Part shown: positions 22,261 to 31,145 of the stretch, in pieces | How the letters are laid out: the number at the start of each line of letters is the position of its first letter | Position numbering within the stretch: the first letter of the stretch is position 1 | Source: an uncultured Acidobacteriota bacterium | Lineage (GTDB): Bacteria > Acidobacteriota > Thermoanaerobaculia > Gp7-AA8 | Reading direction: 5' to 3' | Length of the DNA: 64,000 bases | Assembly (NCBI GenBank): GCA_963822445.1 | Contig: CAWGHO010000002.1 | Span: forward strand, 704,001 to 768,000 | Notes under the pieces: model-generated | What the model saw: the letters and a program-made list of their open reading frames with translations, nothing else | Databases searched by the model: none | Told to the model about the DNA's origin: nothing | Position numbers and translations under genes: made by a program

Positions 22261-24252
22261 ATGAGAAAACTCGCACTGATCACGGCGCTCGTCCTGGCGA
22301 CGACCGCGCTCGCCCAGAAACCGATCACCTTCGAAGACCTGGCCGCCGTCCGCCGCATCGGCGCGCCGAAGCTTTCGCCGGACGGGAAGTGGATCGCGTA
22401 CGACGTGAGCACGATCGATCTGCCCGGCAACATCCGCAAGAGCGCCCTCCATCTGATGCGCGCCGACGGCAGCAGCCCGAAGCAGATCACCGACGGCGTG
22501 AAGCAGGACGAAGGGCCGGAGTGGTCGCCAGACGGCAAGACCATCGCCTATGTCTCCAATCGCGACGGCAAGGGCAAGCAGGTCTGGCTGTACGACGTCG
22601 CCGGCGGGAAATCGACGAAGCTGACGAACATCTCCGGCGGCGCGGGCAACGTGCGGTGGATTCCCGACGGCTCCGGACTCGTCTTCGTCTCCGATGTTTA
22701 CCCCGACTGCGGCGTCGATCCGAAATGCGACGAGGAGAAAGGCGCGGCCGCCGAGAAGGCACCGACGAAGGCGCGCGTCATCGACTCGCTCTTCTATCGC
22801 CACTGGGATTCATGGCGAGAGGCAACGCGCGCACACATCATTCGCGTGTCGCGCGACGGCAAGAACCTGCGCGATCTGACGCCGGGGACGTTCGACGGCG
22901 GCGATTTCGACATCTCGCCGGACTCGAAAGAGCTGATCTTCACGCGCAACATCGAAAGGGACGCTGCGCGCTCGACGAACTCCGATCTCTTCACGGTTTC
23001 GCTCGCGAACGGCGAACCGAAAGCGATCACGACACGCACCGGCGCTGATGCAGCGCCTGCCTATTCGCCCGACGGGCGCTGGATTGCCTATCGGTCGCAG
23101 TCGCGGGCAACGTACGAGTCCGATCTGTGGGAGCTGTGGCTCTACGAGCGCGCAACGGGGGAGTCGAAGCGCATCGCCACCGATTTTGCGAACTGGATCG
23201 ACGACATCGCCTGGTCCGCTGACAGCAAGTCGATGTTCATTACCGCGCCGCTCGAAGGGAAGGGTGCGATCTACGAGATGACGCTCGACGGGCGCTCCAC
23301 ACTCATCGACAAGTCGGGCTCAGCCGCGGCGATTCAGGTCGCGCCGGACGCGAGCACGATCTATTACCAGCTCTCGACACTGCGCCGTCCCACGGACATC
23401 TACGCGTGGAAGCGCGGCAGGTCGCCGGTCCGCCTCACGAAGGAAAACGACGCCCTTCTTGCGCGCCTCAACCTCGGCACGACCGAGGACCTGTGGTGGA
23501 CGGGCGCGGAAGGCGCGCGCGTGCAGGGGCATCTCATCAAGCCGCCGAACTTCGATCCGTCGAAAAAATATCCGGCGATCGTGCTGATTCACGGGGGACC
23601 GCAGGGCGCGTGGGGCGACTCCTGGTCGTATCGCTGGAATCCGCAGATGTTCGCCGCGCGCGGTTACGTCGTGCTGATGCCGAATCCGCGCGGCTCGACC
23701 GGTTTCGGGCAGAAGTTCGTCGAGGAGATCAGCGGTGACTGGTCGGGGAAGGTCTACATCGACATCATGAACGGCGTCGACGCTTTCGCCGCGCTGCCGT
23801 ATGTCGACGCGAATCGCATGGGTGCCGCCGGCGGCTCCTACGGCGGCTACATGGTCAACTGGATCCTCGGCCACACAAACCGTTTCAAAGCGCTCGTCTC
23901 GCACGCCGGCCTGTTCAATCTCGAATCGTTCTACGGCGTGACCGAAGAGCTGTGGTTTCCGGAGTGGGAGTTCGGCGGTGCGCCGTGGGACAACCCGGAG
24001 ATGTACGAGCGCTGGTCACCGCATCGCCACGTGAAGAACTTCGCGACGCCGACGCTGGTCGTGCACGGCGAGCTCGATTTCCGCGTGCCCATCGGTGAAG
24101 GACTCATGCTCTTCACCGCGCTGCAGCGGCGAGGCATTCCGTCGAAGTTGTTGTATTTCCCCGATGAAGGGCACTGGGTGCTGAAGGCGCAGAACTCGAA
24201 GCTATGGCACGAGACGGTGCTGGGGTGGTTCGACGAGTATTTGAAGAAGTAG
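22261..24252 (+). CDS. S9 family (prolyl/acylaminoacyl) peptidase with beta-propeller
   Basis: Signal peptide, SPDG repeats, IHGGPQG, GGSYGG, D-x-R-V, EGH. Confidence 0.95.
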   Translation: MRKLALITALVLATTALAQKPITFEDLAAVRRIGAPKLSPDGKWIAYDVSTIDLPGNIRKSALHLMRADGSSPKQITDGVKQDEGPEWSPDGKTIAYVSNRDGKGKQVWLYDVAGGKSTKLTNISGGAGNVRWIPDGSGLVFVSDVYPDCGVDPKCDEEKGAAAEKAPTKARVIDSLFYRHWDSWREATRAHIIRVSRDGKNLRDLTPGTFDGGDFDISPDSKELIFTRNIERDAARSTNSDLFTVSLANGEPKAITTRTGADAAPAYSPDGRWIAYRSQSRATYESDLWELWLYERATGESKRIATDFANWIDDIAWSADSKSMFITAPLEGKGAIYEMTLDGRSTLIDKSGSAAAIQVAPDASTIYYQLSTLRRPTDIYAWKRGRSPVRLTKENDALLARLNLGTTEDLWWTGAEGARVQGHLIKPPNFDPSKKYPAIVLIHGGPQGAWGDSWSYRWNPQMFAARGYVVLMPNPRGSTGFGQKFVEEISGDWSGKVYIDIMNGVDAFAALPYVDANRMGAAGGSYGGYMVNWILGHTNRFKALVSHAGLFNLESFYGVTEELWFPEWEFGGAPWDNPEMYERWSPHRHVKNFATPTLVVHGELDFRVPIGEGLMLFTALQRRGIPSKLLYFPDEGHWVLKAQNSKLWHETVLGWFDEYLKK

Positions 24253-24352
24253 GGGGCGTGGCCGTCTTCGGCCGCAACCGCCGGGCGTCTTCGCCCGGCG
24301 GACAGCGCGGGGCGAGATGCCCCGCGCGAGGCGGGCGAGACGCCCGCTCCCC
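24253..24352. repeat. Four-hairpin REP cluster between convergent genes
   Basis: Same family as 7510-7623 (CGCCGGGCG..CGCCCGGCG; GCGGGCGAGACGCCCGCTCCCC). Confidence 0.7.
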
Positions 24353-24358
24353 GCCTAC

Positions 24359-24643
24359 TTAAGGCCGCGTGACCGTGCTCGGCGCCGCGGTTGTGCTGCC
24401 GATTCCCGTGCCGCCTTCTCCCGGTCCGAGGGCCGGGCGGGCCACGGTCGAGGTGATGCCGACCGCTTCCGCGTATTTCAGGTACGTGTCGATCGAGGCG
24501 ATGACGACGCGAGCTTCAACCGTGATCAGGTCGATGCCGACGAGGGAGATTCTGACCCACGCGTCGACCACGATGCCCTTGTCGAGAATCCGGTCGAGTA
24601 CATCGATGAGACTCGTGCCGCCTGGTGCGCGTTCAACTGCCAT
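24359..24643 (-). CDS. gvpA: Gas vesicle structural protein GvpA
   Basis: [52 protein letters not shown]. Confidence 0.97.
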   Translation of the reverse strand: MAVERAPGGTSLIDVLDRILDKGIVVDAWVRISLVGIDLITVEARVVIASIDTYLKYAEAVGITSTVARPALGPGEGGTGIGSTTAAPSTVTRP

Positions 24644-24646
24644 CGG

Positions 24647-24991
24647 TTACCTACCTTTCCTCTCTCCCGGTTTCCCCGCGGGAAGCGCAGAAGCGTTGAG
24701 TTGTCGTTCCAGATCGGCGATGCGGTTACGCAGCTCGTCGTATTCGGCGGCCTGCACGGCGCGGGGATCGGCCGAGTAGAAACGGTCCGAGCGCCACCAG
24801 TTGATGCCGATCGCCTCCGCCTTGTCGATCGAGCAGATGACCAGACGCAGCTGGATGGTGAGCAGCTCCACGTTCGCGAGCGACACCTTCACGTCGCCGG
24901 CGACCACGAGCCCCTTGTCCAGAATCTTGTCGAGGATGTCGACGAGCCCTTGCGGCTGTCTCTGGAGCGGTCCTCGATCCTCGAATGCCAA
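24647..24991 (-). CDS. gvpJ: Gas vesicle protein GvpJ (GvpA paralog)
   Basis: LVDILDKILDKGLVVAGDVKVSLANVELLTIQLRLVICSIDKA..GINWW; GGAGG RBS before TTG. Confidence 0.9.
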   Translation of the reverse strand: MAFEDRGPLQRQPQGLVDILDKILDKGLVVAGDVKVSLANVELLTIQLRLVICSIDKAEAIGINWWRSDRFYSADPRAVQAAEYDELRNRIADLERQLNASALPAGKPGERKGR

Positions 24992-25017
24992 TCTCGCCTC
25001 CGGTCAGTGGTGGATTG

Positions 25018-25047
25018 CTGTGTAAACGATTGCCGAGCGGGAGTCAA
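25018..25047 (-). promoter_or_regulatory. Possible internal promoter for gvpJ-gvpA
   Basis: TTGACT-17 nt-TACACA in the gvpK-gvpJ gap; the -10 is imperfect. Confidence 0.4.
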
Positions 25048-25062
25048 TCAGATGTTCCCGCC

Positions 25063-25386
25063 TCACTCCCACATCTTCACCGGACCCAGCTTCATGTTCA
25101 GGTCTTCATCACTGAGTCCGAACGCGCGCTTGAGCTCGGCCATCTTCTCCTCGAGCTTCATCAGCGCATTTCCGAGCCGCTCGATCTCCTCGTCGGTAAG
25201 GTTGCCGGCATCCATGCGGCGAAGGGCCTGCTTTTCGAGAAGGCGCCGTACCAGCTCGATGATCGACAGAACGAGTTTCGCCAGACCGTTCTCGACAGAA
25301 TCCGAATCCGCGGCGATGCGCTCCGGCACCATCGAGTCGGTGAAGGAGAGCGCGTTGCGCAGCTCCGTCTCTTCATTCGTGATCAT
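25063..25386 (-). CDS. gvpK: Gas vesicle protein GvpK
   Basis: GLAKLVLSIIELVRRLLEKQALRRMDAGNLTDEEIERLG. Confidence 0.93.
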   Translation of the reverse strand: MITNEETELRNALSFTDSMVPERIAADSDSVENGLAKLVLSIIELVRRLLEKQALRRMDAGNLTDEEIERLGNALMKLEEKMAELKRAFGLSDEDLNMKLGPVKMWE

Positions 25387-26008
25387 TCGCGAAGACCTCC
25401 AATGGCCACGGTCCCGAAAGCAGAAAGGGCACGCGCATCTCGCGCAGCTTCTCGCCGGCCTCGAGAACCGCGTCCACGTTGGCGCGGGCGATCAACATCG
25501 CCAGCTCCAGCGATTTCTCATCGCGATGAATCCAGCGATGCGACACCGACAGCGGCACGAGCGCGTGCTCCGCGGCTTCGCGAAACGACGGATCGACGGT
25601 CACCGCCTGCATCGCCGCGTGCAGCGCGCGCAGGTACTCAGCGCCGCTCGTGAAATCGCGGCGATCGGGTCGCGGCTGCGATGACGACGCGGCGACCTTC
25701 AGGGTCATCTCCACGTTCTCCCGATTCGCGGTGAGCAGTGTTTTCCAGCGACTGAGATGCGCCGCGACCTTCGACTCTGCCTCCGCCGCGCCGCCGACCG
25801 AGAAGCCGTAGCGGATGGCCACGAACGTGGCCACGTCCAGCAGTTTTCCGCGCACTTCCGCGACGCGCAGAAGCAATTCGCGATCGCCGACGGGCTGATC
25901 GTCCGCCACTTCGACAGCGCTCAGAAAGAGATCGGCGACCGGGAGGGCCACGGCGACCGGCTCGATGTCGTCGCGCAGGAGATGCGCGCCGATGATCACC
26001 GACTTCAT
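25373..26008 (-). CDS. GvpL/GvpF family protein
   Basis: AIRYG, EMTLKV, SGAEYL, SGPWP C-terminus; lies within the gvp operon. Confidence 0.8.
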   Translation of the reverse strand: MKSVIIGAHLLRDDIEPVAVALPVADLFLSAVEVADDQPVGDRELLLRVAEVRGKLLDVATFVAIRYGFSVGGAAEAESKVAAHLSRWKTLLTANRENVEMTLKVAASSSQPRPDRRDFTSGAEYLRALHAAMQAVTVDPSFREAAEHALVPLSVSHRWIHRDEKSLELAMLIARANVDAVLEAGEKLREMRVPFLLSGPWPLEVFANDHE

Positions 26009-26181
26009 CGCTTTGTAGTCCGGATGATGGCGTCGACGTTGGCCAGGACGACGTTCAGTCCGAGGTAGAGGAGATCGACGTCGCCGATGGAGATGACTGC
26101 TTCGCCGGCGATGATCACCCCGCGGTCGAGCAGGTGATCGAGCGTTTCCAGCACCGGCAATTCCTGCAGTTCGTCAGGCAT
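26005..26181 (-). CDS. Small GvpA-family protein (GvpS/GvpM-like), 58 aa, absent from the ORF track
   Basis: Manual translation MPDELQELPVLETLDHLLDRGVIIAGEAVISIGDVDLLYLGLNVVLANVDAIIRTTKR; overlaps both neighbours. Confidence 0.9.
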   Translation of the reverse strand: MPDELQELPVLETLDHLLDRGVIIAGEAVISIGDVDLLYLGLNVVLANVDAIIRTTKR

Positions 26182-26935
26182 GGGCGAATGTGTATGGCGG
26201 CCACGGACCAGTCAGGGCAAGAGTGACGCCTTCGGCTTCGTAGCGGTTGATGAGGTCCGAGTGCAATTCCTGCAGCATCGCCTCTTCATCCCGGTTGATA
26301 AGCACGTTGATCTGCGGGAACGCACCTTCGCGTCGCTCGCGCGACTCCGAGACGGTCTCGCAGCGCAGCTTGTCGAGGACGGTCTTCTCGATCTCGGCGA
26401 CGACGTTCTGCTCGGCGACGTGCGACGCGCGCTTCTTTTCGTCGTCGAGTTTCTTTTTCAGCAGAAAGGCTTTGCCTGCGGACGCCGATTCGATCTGCTG
26501 TTCGAGGTCGCGCAGGGAGTCGACCCGTTTGCTGAGCGACTGACTCCAGCGCTGCGGCTCGAACTCCACTTTCAACGTCCACTCCTGTTTGCCATCGAGC
26601 CGGTCGAGGACGGTCCGCAAGGTTTCCGCGGTTTCGGTGAGGTAGGCGCGCAGGGCCTCGTCGCTGCTGAACAGCGTGAACGCGCGAAGCGGAATGACCG
26701 CCGTGGCCTTCATCAGATTCGCGACCACGTCCTGATGGCGATAGCCGATCGCGCCAAGCCACTCCAGATCGCCGGCGCGGCGATCGATCACTTCCTGCGA
26801 GAACTCCGCGTCCTTCACCGGTGTGTAGACCGCGGCCAGACCCTCGATCGTGGCCGCGCCGAAGTGCCGGCTCTGATCGACGGCTTCGCAGTCAGGAGTG
26901 ACCGGCTGGCGGGTGATCGCGTAGACGTAAATCAA
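26174..26935 (-). CDS. GvpL/GvpF family protein
   Basis: IYVYAI, HQDVV, IPLRAFTLF, GKQEWTLKV, TGPWPPYTF. Confidence 0.9.
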   Translation of the reverse strand: MIYVYAITRQPVTPDCEAVDQSRHFGAATIEGLAAVYTPVKDAEFSQEVIDRRAGDLEWLGAIGYRHQDVVANLMKATAVIPLRAFTLFSSDEALRAYLTETAETLRTVLDRLDGKQEWTLKVEFEPQRWSQSLSKRVDSLRDLEQQIESASAGKAFLLKKKLDDEKKRASHVAEQNVVAEIEKTVLDKLRCETVSESRERREGAFPQINVLINRDEEAMLQELHSDLINRYEAEGVTLALTGPWPPYTFAHA

Positions 26936-26956
26936 GTGAGGTTCTGCAGTTTATCC

Positions 26957-27045
26957 CGCGCGCAGACGCGGGATCTCCGGCGCACCAGCGTGGAATTACC
27001 GGCCATCGCTGCCGGTGCCACCGAAGATGCCGCGTCTGCGCGCGG
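26957..27045. repeat. Long intergenic hairpin
   Basis: CCGCGCGCAGACGCGG...CCGCGTCTGCGCGCGG with partly paired interior. Confidence 0.65.
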
Positions 27046-27063
27046 CATGAACTATCCGTGAGG

Positions 27064-28845
27064 TCAATATAGCGGAACCAGCGCCGCGAGCTCGTCGAGG
27101 CGCGTGACCGGCGCGTCGCGGCGCTCGATGAGCGTGGTGACGTCGAGCGAATCGAGCGCGGCCAGCTCGTGGGTGCGCATCGATCGATCGCAGGGGCAAT
27201 CGTTCTCGGGCGTCAGGTAGTTGGCGATGACGCCGCCGATGGAGATACCGCGCTCGCGCAGGTTCGCCAGCAGGCGCTCCGTTTCGGCGACGACGATGCG
27301 CTCGGGACGCGTGACCACGAAAACGGCCGTGTCTTTCGATCGCAGTGCTTCGTCGACCGACTTCAGCGCGCGCGATGCATTCACCAGCTCCTCGCCGAGG
27401 GAGCCGGCGGGGATGAGGTCGCGATACTTGAGGAGGAGGCGCATGAACTCGCGCACCCACTCGCCGGCCGCGCGGGGGAGATCGAGCAGCCGCAGGAAAT
27501 GACCGGTCGGCGCGGTGTCGACGACGATCGCCGCCTGCGTTTCGTCGGCGAGGAGCTTCGACAGGCGCGTGATCGCGAACAGCTCATCCGCCCCGGGCGG
27601 CGCGATCTCCAGCAACTTCTTCATCGCCTCGGAATCGTGAGAGAGGGACATCCCGCGCGGCGTCAGTGCGTCGATGGCGTCTTCGATTTTCGTTCCGACG
27701 CTTTCGCGGAACCGGCGCCACTTCTCGCGGGTGTCGACGATTTCCACGGTGAGATTCGCCGGCGGTTGCTCGTTGGCGAAAACGTCGCGGAGGGAGTGCG
27801 CGGGATCGACGGAGATGACAGTGAACTGCTTGCCGGGATCTTTGCGCGCGAGCTGCAACGCGATCGAGGCGGCGCAGGTGGTCTTGCCCACTCCGCCCTT
27901 GCCGGCGAGGAAGGTCAGGCGTTGGAGTGCGGCGGCTCTGCCGCCGCTTTGGACCCGCGCGGAGCGCGCCTCCGGCGCATGGGAAAGCGGCGGCAGAGCC
28001 GCCGCACTCCATTCGGGCGGGACGCACCAACGCGGAACATCCACAACACGCGCAAACCGTTTCCTCGCCTCCGCATCACGCGTCGCGCGAACGCGGCAGC
28101 GATCGCAATCGACATCGAGGATCGCGCGATTCAGGATCACGAACGGCACATTGATCGCGGCATGGATCTCAATCTCCGCGGCGAGCCTGATGGTCTGCTC
28201 GACCACCCACGGCTCGGACAACATCACCGGCACGAACGCCGCCCGCGCGGGATCGGTGAGCAGTTCGCGCCGCCGTTGCGCCCGTGAATCGAAATCATCG
28301 ATGAAGGCATCCAGCGCGTCGCGAACATCGCGCCGGGTGAACTGCCGGACCATGGCCCGATGCTTTTCCTGCATCGCATCCAGGGCCAGGGCGAGCTGGC
28401 GGAAATGATCCGACGACGACAGCATCCGCAAGGTGTGTCCGGTCGGCGCGGTATCGACGACGATCAGCGCGCCAGGGTTCTCTTCGATCAACTCGCCGAT
28501 GTGCATCCAGGCCATCAGCTCGTCGACGCCGGGCAGGGAGAGCTCGAACAGACGGCGCAACTCTTCGCGATCGAGATACGTGCCGCGGTCGCCGATCTCG
28601 AGGAAGGACTCGAGGTGCGTACCGAGGAAGCGCGCATAAAGCTTGTCGGCGTCGAGGGATTCGATGCGCAACGGCAGATTGAGATCGGAGAGATTCGAAG
28701 CTGGGTCGGTGGTGAAGAGGATGACCTCGCGCGTCTTCGCGTAGTGCAGCGCGGCCGCGGCGGAGATGGTGGTCTTTCCGACGCCGCCTTTCCCGCCGAA
28801 CAGTACGACGCGCCTCGACGCGAGCTCGTCGAGCTCGCGGATCAT
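27064..28845 (-). CDS. Two-domain ArsA/Get3 family ATPase
   Basis: Two GKGGVGKTT, two DPA, two DTAPTGH motifs; ATG at 28845 overlaps the gvpG stop (ATGA). Confidence 0.92.
   Translation of the reverse strand: MIRELDELASRRVVLFGGKGGVGKTTISAAAALHYAKTREVILFTTDPASNLSDLNLPLRIESLDADKLYARFLGTHLESFLEIGDRGTYLDREELRRLFELSLPGVDELMAWMHIGELIEENPGALIVVDTAPTGHTLRMLSSSDHFRQLALALDAMQEKHRAMVRQFTRRDVRDALDAFIDDFDSRAQRRRELLTDPARAAFVPVMLSEPWVVEQTIRLAAEIEIHAAINVPFVILNRAILDVDCDRCRVRATRDAEARKRFARVVDVPRWCVPPEWSAAALPPLSHAPEARSARVQSGGRAAALQRLTFLAGKGGVGKTTCAASIALQLARKDPGKQFTVISVDPAHSLRDVFANEQPPANLTVEIVDTREKWRRFRESVGTKIEDAIDALTPRGMSLSHDSEAMKKLLEIAPPGADELFAITRLSKLLADETQAAIVVDTAPTGHFLRLLDLPRAAGEWVREFMRLLLKYRDLIPAGSLGEELVNASRALKSVDEALRSKDTAVFVVTRPERIVVAETERLLANLRERGISIGGVIANYLTPENDCPCDRSMRTHELAALDSLDVTTLIERRDAPVTRLDELAALVPLY
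27923..28011. repeat. 89-bp REPIN-like element translated inside the ArsA-like gene
   Basis: TGGAGTGCGGCGGCTCTGCCGCCGCTTT...AAAGCGGCGGCAGAGCCGCCGCACTCCA; about 86/89 identical to 47097-47185. Confidence 0.9.
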
Positions 28846-29165
28846 CGGTCCCCGTAGCCGGTGTAAATCCCGATGCCGCCGTCTTCCTCGTCCCGCTCGG
28901 CCGCGTACTGCCGCGCGAGCTCTTCTTTCCGCGCGCGGATGTCCCGAAGGGCCTGAAACACGACCGCCTCTTCCTGCCCGTACTCTTCCTCGGTGATCTC
29001 CCCGACCTCGAGCCGCATCTGCAGCTCGATCAGCCGCTCCTTCCACGGCTGATCGTTCATCAACTCCTCGTCAGCCATCTTCTGAATGGTGCGCATCACC
29101 CACTTGAACCCGGCCACCGGGCCGGTCAGGGGGAGGAGGATGAGATCGTCGAGGAGGAAGGCCAT
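28842..29165 (-). CDS. gvpG: Gas vesicle protein GvpG
   Basis: LLDDLILLP, LIELQMRLEVGEITEEEY. Confidence 0.88.
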   Translation of the reverse strand: MAFLLDDLILLPLTGPVAGFKWVMRTIQKMADEELMNDQPWKERLIELQMRLEVGEITEEEYGQEEAVVFQALRDIRARKEELARQYAAERDEEDGGIGIYTGYGDR

Positions 29166-29242
29166 GGTTTCGGGGTTTCACGGTTACGAGGTTTCGGGGG
29201 GAAGGGTTACCTCGTAACCCCGAAACCTCGTAACCCCGCAAC
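29166..29242. repeat. Inverted array of 8-bp repeats (GGTTNCGR)
   Basis: GGTTTCGG/GGTTACGA units facing CTCGTAAC/CCCGAAAC units. Confidence 0.9.
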
Positions 29243-30036
29243 TACCTCTCTGCCCGCTCCAGCTTCAAGCGAATGTTGACGAAGTTATACGGCGGCCACG
29301 GCCCCGTGTAGAGAAACGACAGTTTGTTCTCGTATTTCTTGGCGATCTCGGAGATCTGATCGTCGAAGGCCTTGGTCTTGTCGCGCTCGACGAGGAAGGC
29401 GGCGTTCATGATCATCTTGTCGCCGATCGGCTTGTTCGAGCGGGAGGCGATGGCGGCGTCGCGCAGGGCTTCGTAGATCTCGGTCACGTACGCATCGGCC
29501 TTGGCCTGCAGCGCCGATTCGACGACGCGGCCGAGCTGCATGCGCGAAAAGTACGTCGAGGTCGAGGTGTTCGACTGGATCTCGTCCTTGAGCCGGCGGA
29601 TCTCCTCGTTCTCCCCTTCGATCTCCTTGATGACCTGGTCCTTGTCCCAGTTCACCTTCAGGCCGAACTCGATCTTCCCCTCCATCTTCTGGAGCACGTC
29701 GCTGAGCGCTTCGTACGTGCCTTTGAGGAACTCCTTGATGTCGTTCTCGGTGCGGAAGACCGTGCCGAAGCTCATGGGAAGGACGGTGAAGTCCTTCATG
29801 ACCAGCTCGTTGACGTGCTCGTGGGCGAGGGCGTTCTCGCGGGTGGGGTCGAAGACGATCAGGGGGCAGTTCGAGACCACTGCAGCGAACTCGCGATAGT
29901 GGACGGAGTAGACGCGATCGCCGCGGCCACCGATGCCTACGGTGCCGAAATCGCGGGGGATGTCGGTCTTGATGATGCAGTAAACGTACTTGCCTTGTTC
30001 AGTTTCGGGTTGCGATCCCTGAAGCTGCTCGTTCAT
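29242..30036 (-). CDS. gvpF: Gas vesicle protein GvpF
   Basis: KYVYCII, ALAHEHV, LPMSFGTVF, GKIEFGLKV, TGPWPPYNFVNI. Confidence 0.9.
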   Translation of the reverse strand: MNEQLQGSQPETEQGKYVYCIIKTDIPRDFGTVGIGGRGDRVYSVHYREFAAVVSNCPLIVFDPTRENALAHEHVNELVMKDFTVLPMSFGTVFRTENDIKEFLKGTYEALSDVLQKMEGKIEFGLKVNWDKDQVIKEIEGENEEIRRLKDEIQSNTSTSTYFSRMQLGRVVESALQAKADAYVTEIYEALRDAAIASRSNKPIGDKMIMNAAFLVERDKTKAFDDQISEIAKKYENKLSFLYTGPWPPYNFVNIRLKLERAER

Positions 30037-30050
30037 GCCCTGACCTCGTC

Positions 30051-31145
30051 GTGAATCGAGCGAAGAATACAATAACCGCTGGTTTGCAAGCTCCAGACCC
30101 TCAACAGGTTGCGCCGGCCATCGAGCGCTGGTTCCGCAAAAATCAGCGGCCCCTCCCCTGGCGCGAAGCGTACGACCCATGGCACGTCTGGGTCTCCGAA
30201 GTGATGCTGCAGCAGACCCGCATGGAAGTGGTGCTGCCCTACTTCGCGCGGTTCATCGAGCGCTTTCCCACCGTCGCATCCGCCGCAAACGCCAGCGAAC
30301 AGGATGTCCTGGCGGCCTGGTCGGGTCTCGGCTACTACCGCCGGGCGAGGATGCTCCGCGACGGCGCCATCGACGTGATGGCCCGGTTCGGCGGACGGGT
30401 GCCGTCGACCGTCGAAGAGCTGCTGACCATCCCCGGCATCGGCCGCTACACCGCCGGCGCGATCGCCTCCGTTGCCTGGAACGAACACGCGCCGATCGTC
30501 GACGGCAACGTCGCCCGCATCGTGTCCCGCCTCTTCGCCATCGACGAACCGGTCGGGTCACCCGCGCTCATGCGCGCATCGTGGATTCGCGAAGAACAAC
30601 TGGTCGCGGCGTGCAAAACGCCGCGCGATTTCAACCAGGGCCTGATGGAGTGCGGCGCGCTGATCTGCACGCCGCGCAATCCGCGCTGCGAGTTCTGCCC
30701 CGTTCGCATTCACTGTCTGGCCTTCGCCACGGGTCGCGTCGATGAGCTGCCTCGCGCCAAAGAAAAGAAGCCGACGCGCGAGCTGCGCATCCCGCTCTAC
30801 ATCGTCCTCGACCTCCGCGGCCGCGTGCTCATGCGCCGTGAATCCGGCCCGCTGATGAAATCGATGTATCACCTCCCCCACGGCAACACCGCCCTCCTCG
30901 GCGGCAAGGTCTTCGACGCGCGCCGCGGCGACCTGCTCGGATCGTTCCGGCACACCGTCACCGACCGGCGGATCACCTTCGATGTGTATGCCGCCGATCT
31001 CACAGGCCGCGTGCGCGAATCGAACGACGACTGGTCCACCGATTGTTCATGGATCGACCCCGCGGCCATGCACTCTTTCCCCCATCCCTCCTATGTTCAG
31101 AAGGCGCTGAAGATCGCTAAACTGCAGCCATGCGCGGGCGTGTAG
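30051..31145 (+). CDS. mutY: A/G-specific adenine glycosylase (start may be TTG 30084)
   Basis: WVSEVMLQQT, GLGYY, PGIGRYTAGA, VDGNV, 4Fe-4S Cys cluster. Confidence 0.95.
   Translation: MNRAKNTITAGLQAPDPQQVAPAIERWFRKNQRPLPWREAYDPWHVWVSEVMLQQTRMEVVLPYFARFIERFPTVASAANASEQDVLAAWSGLGYYRRARMLRDGAIDVMARFGGRVPSTVEELLTIPGIGRYTAGAIASVAWNEHAPIVDGNVARIVSRLFAIDEPVGSPALMRASWIREEQLVAACKTPRDFNQGLMECGALICTPRNPRCEFCPVRIHCLAFATGRVDELPRAKEKKPTRELRIPLYIVLDLRGRVLMRRESGPLMKSMYHLPHGNTALLGGKVFDARRGDLLGSFRHTVTDRRITFDVYAADLTGRVRESNDDWSTDCSWIDPAAMHSFPHPSYVQKALKIAKLQPCAGV

Noticed and set aside
27064-28845. Arsenic-resistance ArsA
   Set aside because: No arsB/acr3, arsC, arsD or arsR nearby; the gene is embedded in and coupled to gvp genes
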